Below, piece by piece: positions 57,001 to 64,000 of a stretch of DNA of 64,000 nt (the stretch's first letter is position 1; each line of letters starts with the position of its first letter). The stretch lies in contig DUUO01000015.1 in the NCBI GenBank assembly GCA_012841525.1, positions 18,924 through 82,923 on the forward strand, read 5' to 3'. Position numbers and translations under genes: made by a program. This stretch comes from Clostridiales bacterium (GTDB lineage Bacteria > Bacillota > Clostridia > Christensenellales > DTU072). The notes beneath the pieces were generated by a model that was not told the DNA's origin, ran no database searches, and saw only the letters and a program-made list of their open reading frames with translations.

Positions 57001-60000
57001 ATTAAACTGAATATCGCCTCTATTTATTAATGATTTGCCATCAACATTTGCATTTACTATAGAAACCTTTATATCTGGTCCATTCCCATCGTATTCTTTT
57101 TCTAAATCGACAATGTCAGATATTGGAAGATAAATTTTTCTTTTTAAAATTTTAGCACTAACCTCTTTTTCTTCTTCTCCTTGCTTAATTTTATAGTTTC
57201 TTGATGAGGAAGTGTAACCAATATCATGAATAGACAATCTAACTGTTGCTTGTGTTAATCCAGGAATTTCTCCATTATATTTAATTGTGGCATTAATAAT
57301 GACTTTATTTTTATCAACATCATAAATATCTGGAACTTTAGTGTTATCCACGGTCGTTTTTTCAAATGTGCCCGTTATTCCGTTATATTCTTTTGTCGTA
57401 TTAATTGCCTCTTCATTTATGATTATTTCTTTTTGTGTTATTTTATACTCTATTTGTTTTTTACCTAGATATATCTTTGTTGTGTTGTCCTCACTAGATA
57501 ACATATATATTATGAAGTCCAAATAATAACTACTTATTGTCGCAGTATTTGCATCTTTTGGCGCAATTCCTTCATAATTTACTTTTATTCCTTCTTTATT
57601 TATTTTTTCATAATGCACTAAAGCATACAAAGGTTTACCAAAATCATTGTTATCTTGATCTTTATTAAATTTGTAGTTTTCTGATAAATTGGTATCTGCT
57701 TCAATGGGCTCTCCACAGTAAACATGAGTATGAGCACCAGAATTTTCTCCGAAAAATCCAGATTGAAAAGTAATTGATTTAAATTCAAATCTAATTTCGC
57801 TATAGCTCTCTTTTAAGCTTCCATACCTTTCTCCAAAAAGCACATCTTTAAATCTTATTTTGCTATAAAAATTGTCAACAACTAAATTTTCATATGTTAA
57901 ATCTAAATAATCAGATGTCGCACTATTTTCAATCCAGCCAGTTATATCACTAAGATAAAAACCACTTTTTAAATCAATTGAAAAATTAACACTTTGCCCT
58001 ACATAAAAGTTTATCTTTCTTTCTTCAATAGTTGCATCGTCAGCTTTTGTTCTAATCATAATCTCTTTAACATATCTTGCAAAAAGCCTTTGTTCTTCAT
58101 TAGAATTGGAAGTAAATAAAGAAGTCTTTGAAGGTATTGTATAAAAATTATTTGGTTCGATCTTTGCACTCTCTGCTACCTCTTCATTTAAATATCTATA
58201 TTCGATGTTTAATAAAGAATCAGGTGCAGTTGTAATTTTAAAAGTCGCTCTTTCACCATTTGCTGTTGTTATTATTTCGAGTGTAGGTTTACTTTTGGGT
58301 TCTGTACCTTCGCCTTCCCAATTTGTATCTAAAAATATATTGCCTATAAGATTTAAGTAGTTATCTAGAAAAAGTTGATCGTGCGAAACAAAATGCCATG
58401 CATTAAAACATTTCTCATCATCTAAGGGTCCATAATCTTTTCCAATTATGCCGCCAATAGAAATGCTATCTAAAGTACCTTCTGCTTCGGTATTAAGTTT
58501 TCCATAAAACATTACTGTTTGAATTTCTGACTCTGGACCTGAATTTTCACCAATTATGCCGCCAGCATTAGTGTTTCGAATAATGTTTTTAACTTTTGTT
58601 TGAATAAAAATATTTTCAAACTTAGAATTTTTGGCATATCCTACTAATCCACCAACTGTGTTAAGACCAATGCCATCTACAGTGGTGTTATGTGAAAATC
58701 TTAAATTTTTTATAGTGGCATTTTCAACATTGTTAAAAAATCCTAAAGCGGTTGTCTCATAACCTAAATTTTCTTGTGCGATAGGTCTTTTTACATAAAA
58801 AGATGGAATTTCATTGTTGTTTCCATCAAATGTTCCCTTAAACGGCCTTTGAGCACCTGGTTGAAATATGCCAACTCCACTTAGTGCTTTACTAGGATCA
58901 TCCTTAAATTCAAGATTTGTTGAATTAAGTTTAATATATTTGTTTTCAAAAGAAATTCCTTTTGAAACATTATAACTAAACATATGAAACTGTTCGGTGT
59001 TATTTATCAAAAATGGGTTATAAGGTGTCCCCCAATCATTATAATAAGTTTCTGTATATCCAAAATATTTAACCGTAGCACTATACAGCACCATATGATT
59101 GTGCTTTTTGCCCTCTTCTCCTTGATCGCTTGTAATGAAACTTTTTAAATAAGGAGCAAATATGCCATCACCTTGCAGAACATTTCTCTCTCGTTGCCAC
59201 ATTTGTTCTTGCGTGCCAAACAAAAAGTAAATACTTTCTGTTTGATATTTTTCTAACAATATATTTTTTTCTTTTGCAGGGCCTAAGGATAAATTGCCTA
59301 TACTTTGTAGATCTGCATTATGACCTGGTATTTCTGTATTGTTATATTGAATCTTTTTTCTATAACCAAAAGAATTATTGTTTATTTTAGCATGGTCTGT
59401 TATTTCACTCTGTCCAATAAGAGCACCAGTTGTATTAGCATCATAAGCACCATTAAATTTTAAAATGCTGTAATTGTTTTCAATAGTTCCACTTTTATAA
59501 AAACCAATAAGACCACCTGCCGTCGCCACATTAACTTCCATATTTCCAGAAGAAAAACTTTGTACTACATTTCCACCATCGTTTACTGCAACTAAGCCAC
59601 CGCTTGTTGATTTCACACTAAAATTACCCGAAACAAAACATTGCTCAATGGTTCCTGAATTAATAATCGATATTCCGCCAATTTCACCTTGATTATGCAA
59701 GTTAACATTGTATAATCCTAGTTTTGAAACTTTACCTAAATTTCCTATTTTATAAAATAAGCCTCTAAATTCAGGATTGTTTTCGCTATTTATATTGTAA
59801 ATAATGTGATTATTGCCATCAAAATTTCCTTGAAATTCTTTTCCACCAGATAAACCTATTGTTTTTAACCCACCACCTTCAATATTGATATCGTTCATCA
59901 ACTTGAAGTATACACCCCCAAAATCTCTTGGATGTTCTGGATTTACGAGGTCATCATTTAATTGATTTAAATGTTCAAGAGTTGAAATTTGAATAGGATC

Positions 60001-60144
60001 TGATTCTGTTCCAGAGCCAGGACCATAATCAGCATATGCAATAAATAATTGGTTTGAATATATAGAAAAAACTAAGATTAAACTTATAAAAAGTAAAAAT
60101 GCAAAAATTACAGTTTTAATTTTTGATTTTTTTTCAAATGTCAT
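54088..60144 (-). CDS. giant (2018 aa) surface protein: signal peptide, GLUG-motif region, MBG/YDG-like modules and a C-terminal TM anchor with basic tail
   Basis: GLUG-type repeats include GGLVAVNDGGNVVQSF, AGGLIGFYKSGTIENNYS, VGGLVGYAKNSKFENIF, AGGIIGENSG and IGGIIGKDYG. MBG-type modules include TTYGEDIEISY...GTLSRQEGINVGEYDIEIGNLLESNPNLNV, EKNYGAEDPVPEF, KEYNGITG and EKEYDGNG. The C-terminus is YAGIALAGMAIIIILSIIIKMAVKKKKEKQ. RBS AAGGAG. Confidence 0.85.
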   Translation of the reverse strand: MTFEKKSKIKTVIFAFLLFISLILVFSIYSNQLFIAYADYGPGSGTESDPIQISTLEHLNQLNDDLVNPEHPRDFGGVYFKLMNDINIEGGGLKTIGLSGGKEFQGNFDGNNHIIYNINSENNPEFRGLFYKIGNLGKVSKLGLYNVNLHNQGEIGGISIINSGTIEQCFVSGNFSVKSTSGGLVAVNDGGNVVQSFSSGNMEVNVATAGGLIGFYKSGTIENNYSILKFNGAYDANTTGALIGQSEITDHAKINNNSFGYRKKIQYNNTEIPGHNADLQSIGNLSLGPAKEKNILLEKYQTESIYFLFGTQEQMWQRERNVLQGDGIFAPYLKSFITSDQGEEGKKHNHMVLYSATVKYFGYTETYYNDWGTPYNPFLINNTEQFHMFSYNVSKGISFENKYIKLNSTNLEFKDDPSKALSGVGIFQPGAQRPFKGTFDGNNNEIPSFYVKRPIAQENLGYETTALGFFNNVENATIKNLRFSHNTTVDGIGLNTVGGLVGYAKNSKFENIFIQTKVKNIIRNTNAGGIIGENSGPESEIQTVMFYGKLNTEAEGTLDSISIGGIIGKDYGPLDDEKCFNAWHFVSHDQLFLDNYLNLIGNIFLDTNWEGEGTEPKSKPTLEIITTANGERATFKITTAPDSLLNIEYRYLNEEVAESAKIEPNNFYTIPSKTSLFTSNSNEEQRLFARYVKEIMIRTKADDATIEERKINFYVGQSVNFSIDLKSGFYLSDITGWIENSATSDYLDLTYENLVVDNFYSKIRFKDVLFGERYGSLKESYSEIRFEFKSITFQSGFFGENSGAHTHVYCGEPIEADTNLSENYKFNKDQDNNDFGKPLYALVHYEKINKEGIKVNYEGIAPKDANTATISSYYLDFIIYMLSSEDNTTKIYLGKKQIEYKITQKEIIINEEAINTTKEYNGITGTFEKTTVDNTKVPDIYDVDKNKVIINATIKYNGEIPGLTQATVRLSIHDIGYTSSSRNYKIKQGEEEKEVSAKILKRKIYLPISDIVDLEKEYDGNGPDIKVSIVNANVDGKSLINRGDIQFNYTRITGESINISMPGTFKVEVSFVDESKESYFDIIFTEQTGDTEEFSGDVVTTIEKRKVEIEYFNADNLIYDENVKEVKLKLIPKYVDRNGAEIKLGNEKEVLYTIKLNDEIVDAIKDAGTYLIEAIDFEDENYTLDENNNTCKYLVLSTSLNREIVVSKANQGAVNIISSNQYSYNINESYIFEAEGGFIGNFIYSINEEDERNTAEGEILEDGTLYITKFGIFVVTAKREGDDNYFPVTSEPFLLEVSKSSAILKIEDLEIKYGQIIEPKFSVEGFTELPIGFVAPSIRISKANENVFSPLDINNKYDIGQYRLRIIADSATSNVVEFQNEVVFSNLAIVKRDVTINILENIETTYGEDIEISYTAFTKIGDEDLNVEDLDIEIVGTLSRQEGINVGEYDIEIGNLLESNPNLNVTLDTKGHKYIINPANLTFSFVRAEKNYGAEDPVPEFTVTGFKYQDKVSDFEFTYELERASGESVRIEGYTYYLANDLSINCENYVVNFVTTSDSKLFIKKAYVIIKDLEPIEKPVLTNLSNDEIDNITAKFYVKTYDASTSSWEEVTVSGEVKWTESALSQELDFKNSETLSRTMEFRIDSSEYRALSSYEAVTEFDVTIKPQKREAIAEFTNVPNLVYRGRTYGIGEVTSLLIKGKEYDEEISDDNFEIIVSGELKNAGTYNISIKLKGHNYYFKSGNQEKIMESTQITIGKVNLEVKLLDMTYKDNEVPEKGNIEYIGFINGENETNLEKVPTCILPTKPGVYSSTVKPSGGESTNYKFNYIAGNIIVNRHEMSSDSEDEDSIKAVFYGNYNPEITISLKETTDQKRLSQTNSQIKALSKTNKDFSNKKAKMVLQVKGEKDKEVQQMIGADKIIFEATEEYADLENVMLMIVDINNNVSYVNATVENGQIIVEGENIEYVVFVEDKPPYLMYAGIALAGMAIIIILSIIIKMAVKKKKEKQYVKFRQVYEK

Positions 60145-60395
60145 TTAATCTTGCTCCTTAATAAACGAGTGCGTGATATTTAATATATATATTATATTAA
60201 CATTTAAGATAAGTCTATACAACACTATAATAAAATATAAGAAACTTTTTAAAATAAATTCACATTAATACAAATAAAATTCATTGGAGAATGATAACAA
60301 CTGATAAAATGAATTCAAAACATCTAAGATAAATTCTTTATCATGAAAAATTGCCCAATTTAAGCAAAAAACACTATATATTTAAGTTTTTTTCA

Positions 60396-62834
60396 TTAGT
60401 TTTTTATTTTTTTCCTAAAGAGTTTAAAGCCTTCCACTGCAAAAAATACAATACCGTCATAAGGGCCAAGAGTTAATGGCTTTGTTATATCTATTGATTT
60501 TTCTTCTTGCTCAATACCTAAAAATGGAGCAAAGACTTTTTTGTTTGCTACACTAAAACCAAATTTAGTTTCAACACCTAATTCGAATTTAACCTTTTTA
60601 TTGCTGTAGTTAAAAACTGAAATCAATAAATTTCCATCGTTAGCAAAGCATGATGCATGAACATTGTTGTTATCAATTCTGATTGGATTTTCTTCATCCC
60701 AAAAACCATAAAATTTTGAGTTTACAAAATCATATTTACTGATACTTTTATAAAAATGATTTACCGATTCGCTTGATAGTGATTCGACACCATATTTTGG
60801 CAATCCTCCAAATAAAAGTGAAAGAGATATGGGGGTATTTGCATTAAATGTTGTCGCAACTCCATAAGGCGCACCAGAACACTCAAATAACAAAGCGTAT
60901 ATATCATAACTTAATTTCAATTTGTCACTATACCAAAGTTTGTCAATATAAGGTAAAACTTCAGTGTATAGGCATAGTGCAGATGAAAATGCATTTTCAT
61001 TGTTAAATTGATTAGTAAGTTCAAGCTCAATTACACCTTGATTTTTTTTAGATTTAGTAAGTGTCTTTTTGGCTCTTTCCATTGTAACTGAATCGATTGA
61101 TGGATTTTTCATAGATATACATCTAAGATTTAATGCATTTTGTAAAAAAGCAAGGCTTTCTATATAGTAATTATTTACACGAGACTGTGGTCTTAATAAC
61201 CATTGTTCATCTTTATATTTTTTGTTTTTATCTGCTTCAACATCTACAATAAAATTAAGTCCCAAAGGATTGTCAGAGGGTGAAATGTTTTCATTGTCAG
61301 TTCCTTTTAATAGAAGTTCATTTGAAAAACCATTAAAAACTTTTGTTATAGTGTTTTTTGAGCTTATTGATCTTAAACCATATCTAATTCCAACGGATAA
61401 ATTATTGTTTCTTGCATTAGATACAATTGCTAAAAGTCCATCTGCATCCTCTAAAGGATAGTTGAGATATTTGTAATATTTGATACCTGGAGATATAATT
61501 AAGTAATCCATATTTGCAGATTTTGAACTTTTAATTGCCTGAGCATAATCTCTAAACATTTTAGCCTCACCAATTCTTAATCCAAGCATATTATTAGACT
61601 TCAACTCATTGCAAGGGGTTAAATTTATAGCGAATTCTAAAGTTAAATCTTTATCTTTAAATGCTACAATAACACCTGTCGATACAGTTACTTCTACCCC
61701 CTCATTTGTTTTCATTATTTTAATGTTGCCATTACCATAATTTACCCATAGATTTGAAGGAAGGTCTTTTTGTATTGCATTATAACTTGAAATATTTTGA
61801 TTGAAAGAAGCAGGAGCAAGTTTAATTTTAGCACCACAATTTATATCACCAATAAAAAAGTTTTGAACTGACTTTTCTATCTCCAAATTGCAATTTAATA
61901 AAAAATTCTCATCAATTTTTTGTGCAATTTTTTCTAATCCCATAAAATATGAAGATGATTTAAAAAACATTTTTAATGAAAGATTTGATATCAAAAACTC
62001 ATCTGGAGTAGAAATATTTATTTTATAAGCTATTGAACCATCATATTTAACTTTACTTTCTATAACTACTTTATTATTATCAATTAAACTTTCAGATTTA
62101 GTGTTAACATATGAAATTTTAGGAGAAATTTCACATTCTTTAAACTCCAATTTTTTACCCTCTATCTCTAAAGACATTGGTTTATAGAATAAACTTTTTT
62201 GAACATCATTTTGTAATGAATTTGAATTATCGTAATAACTCTGAGAATTTTCAAGCATTCCGTTAGAGTTGACAATTAATTTATGTCCTAAAATATTAAT
62301 TTTATTATCGTCACAAACAATTCTTTTATGTCCCTCTATTACATCATTTGACCAAGATTTTTTTGAGTTTAACCACTTTAATCTTGAAAAGCTTGATTCA
62401 TCATGGAATCCTTCATCAAAAACCAAATCATCAGTTAAATTAAACACCAATGCCACCTTATCATTTCCTATGGTGACTTCAGTTTTATATGTTTGTAGTT
62501 TGGCCTTTTTGAAAGAAACCCCAATATAAATTGGTTGTAAAACATTTTCTATTAAAGATATTTTAGAAGAAAACTTTTTACCGAAAGAATTATATCCTTC
62601 TGTGTTTAAACATGTTACAGCATTTTCAATTACATCATCATCACTAATCAAGGCACTTGTTTTTACAGAAATGTTTTGTAAATTATAATCTGCAAGCAAG
62701 ACTAATTTGACAATAAAATATTCATATCTTGAAGGATTAAATGTATATTCATTTTCAGCTGTTAAATCATTTAGAATTGAAAGATCTTTGGGATCTTTTA
62801 TTATTATTGATCTATTAAAGTTGTATATTTCCAT
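60396..62834 (-). CDS. hypothetical 812-aa cytoplasmic protein; candidate glycoside hydrolase-like enzyme by context only
   Basis: Intact ORF with no signal peptide (MEIYNFNRSIIIKD). The N-terminal half looks beta-rich and the C-terminal half mixed alpha/beta. I recognise no catalytic motif. It lies directly downstream of a GH2 gene. Confidence 0.5.
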   Translation of the reverse strand: MEIYNFNRSIIIKDPKDLSILNDLTAENEYTFNPSRYEYFIVKLVLLADYNLQNISVKTSALISDDDVIENAVTCLNTEGYNSFGKKFSSKISLIENVLQPIYIGVSFKKAKLQTYKTEVTIGNDKVALVFNLTDDLVFDEGFHDESSFSRLKWLNSKKSWSNDVIEGHKRIVCDDNKINILGHKLIVNSNGMLENSQSYYDNSNSLQNDVQKSLFYKPMSLEIEGKKLEFKECEISPKISYVNTKSESLIDNNKVVIESKVKYDGSIAYKINISTPDEFLISNLSLKMFFKSSSYFMGLEKIAQKIDENFLLNCNLEIEKSVQNFFIGDINCGAKIKLAPASFNQNISSYNAIQKDLPSNLWVNYGNGNIKIMKTNEGVEVTVSTGVIVAFKDKDLTLEFAINLTPCNELKSNNMLGLRIGEAKMFRDYAQAIKSSKSANMDYLIISPGIKYYKYLNYPLEDADGLLAIVSNARNNNLSVGIRYGLRSISSKNTITKVFNGFSNELLLKGTDNENISPSDNPLGLNFIVDVEADKNKKYKDEQWLLRPQSRVNNYYIESLAFLQNALNLRCISMKNPSIDSVTMERAKKTLTKSKKNQGVIELELTNQFNNENAFSSALCLYTEVLPYIDKLWYSDKLKLSYDIYALLFECSGAPYGVATTFNANTPISLSLLFGGLPKYGVESLSSESVNHFYKSISKYDFVNSKFYGFWDEENPIRIDNNNVHASCFANDGNLLISVFNYSNKKVKFELGVETKFGFSVANKKVFAPFLGIEQEEKSIDITKPLTLGPYDGIVFFAVEGFKLFRKKIKN

Positions 62835-62899
62835 TATTTATTTTTATCTCCGTATTCTCTTTATAAAATTCTATATATTTTTAATAAAAGATGTCAGTT

Positions 62900-64000
62900 T
62901 TAATAAACAATTCTATCTTCATCAATTGCAGTAAAAGGAATGATTTTAAAAGCGAACTTATATTTTCTATCCTTTAATAAGTATTTCTTTAATGGTCTAG
63001 GGCCACAACTATTGCTTCCTACCCCACACATTTCTCCATCAATTGAAATATAACTAACATCATCAAAAACAAGATCTTCTCTATGTCTTATTTTTGCTAA
63101 AGCCTCATCAGATATTTTTTTAGCACCTAGATTAAATGGTTTTTCTAATGCTAAAAACATCAAGCCTTGACCTTTTTCATTTTTTACTGATGCATATCTC
63201 ACATCGGTTCTATTACCAGATTCTTGAGGTTTAATATAATGAAACATAAAATCTTCAACCTTTAATTTATAAAGGCCTAAACGAGATTGACACTTAAAGT
63301 CTGGATAATTTTCATATGGTCCACAACCATAATAATAAATCTCATTAAACTCCTCTTTTAATGCAATAGTTCTTCCAAATCGCGGCAATGTTTCGTTGCT
63401 CAAATGCACTTTAATTAATTCTGTTGATAAAGTTATTACACCATTTGATTCAACAATTGTGTTTTCGATAACTTTAAATAAAGTCCTCCCCTTTGCATTG
63501 ACAATATTTTTTTCAGTTTTAATTTTAACTTCTGTTTTATCACTTGTAACGACACATTTTTTTACAATAAAAGATGTTTCGTCATATCCTAGTTTCATCC
63601 ATTTTTTCTTTACATACATATCGTTATCTATTGGTGCACGATAAATATTTGTATAAAAATTACCTTTTTGATTTTGTTTTAATGGTTTATCTACTAAATA
63701 ATTAATATCTCCGACTTTATACGATGAAATACATCCAAGCGTCTTATTAAAAATCAATTCTCCATTATCAAAGTTTATTAAAATAAATGTATCTTTTTCA
63801 GTAACTACAATATCTTTTCCATTAGATAACTGAATTTGTGATAAGGTTTCATTAATTCTCAATTCTTCAGTTGCCACTATTTTGTCTTTATCAAAATAAT
63901 CTATATGTAAAACTATATCTCCAGAATGAATGTCAATGTTAATATTATATTCTTTCGAAGACATTGGTTCTATATCACTTGGAAATTCAACTTCAAAAGA
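62900..64000 (-). CDS. lacZ: GH2 beta-galactosidase, C-terminal part (partial; the frame is open to the window end)
   Basis: Bgal small-chain / domain-5 motifs: IYRAPIDNDMY, YYGCGPYENYPDFK and IKPQESGNRTDVRY. The frame upstream of the ORF-track ATG (63964) has no stop through 64000 (SFEVEFPSDIEP-M...), so the gene continues off-window. Confidence 0.8.
   Translation of the reverse strand, partial: SFEVEFPSDIEPMSSKEYNINIDIHSGDIVLHIDYFDKDKIVATEELRINETLSQIQLSNGKDIVVTEKDTFILINFDNGELIFNKTLGCISSYKVGDINYLVDKPLKQNQKGNFYTNIYRAPIDNDMYVKKKWMKLGYDETSFIVKKCVVTSDKTEVKIKTEKNIVNAKGRTLFKVIENTIVESNGVITLSTELIKVHLSNETLPRFGRTIALKEEFNEIYYYGCGPYENYPDFKCQSRLGLYKLKVEDFMFHYIKPQESGNRTDVRYASVKNEKGQGLMFLALEKPFNLGAKKISDEALAKIRHREDLVFDDVSYISIDGEMCGVGSNSCGPRPLKKYLLKDRKYKFAFKIIPFTAIDEDRIVY

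Noticed and set aside
28438-64000. A classical tRNA-integrated genomic island beginning at tRNA-Glu.
   Set aside because: There is no integrase, and I found no direct repeat of the tRNA 3' end in the intergenic regions I read (41035-41430, 42778-42974, 44739-44926, 46475-46688, 50538-50736, 52348-52548, 53917-54087 and 60145-60395). Citrate synthase lies inside the block. I kept only the weaker 'boundary' observation.

Overview
A 64-kb chromosomal window from a very AT-rich (about 28-30% GC by eye) Firmicutes/Mollicutes-like bacterium. It uses the standard genetic code: TGA is a stop, for example at the end of pepF, and Trp is TGG. All domain and family names below come from motif recognition by eye; no searches were run.

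The left ~28 kb is ordinary housekeeping: pepF, pncB, lgt, galK and divergent galT, dnaX-ybaB-recR, RNase J, serC-serA, whiA, dnaE, an SDR/HAD pair, uvrC and a solitary tRNA-Glu(CUC).

The right ~36 kb is accessory-looking. It is dominated by three giant minus-strand surface-protein genes of 4118, 1282 and 2018 aa, together about 35% of the window. They are built from Big_3-like Ig modules, MBG/YDG-type modules and GLUG motifs. Two are anchored by lipoprotein signal peptides and one by a C-terminal TM helix.

These genes are interleaved with apparently cytoplasmic glycan-catabolism genes: a GH20 hexosaminidase, the C-terminus of a GH2 beta-galactosidase, an unassigned 812-aa protein, and a GPH symporter with an FGGY kinase. 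Also present are citrate synthase and a catalytically degenerate IS200/RAYT-like protein.

Other notable structure:
- an 11-copy acidic 13-aa repeat inside DnaX, followed by an A8 tract with a -1-frame TAA;
- five independent intergenic tandem-repeat arrays;
- a roughly 1300-aa non-repetitive C-terminal 'head' on the 4118-aa protein.

No CRISPR array, rRNA, intact transposase, integrase or prophage genes were seen.
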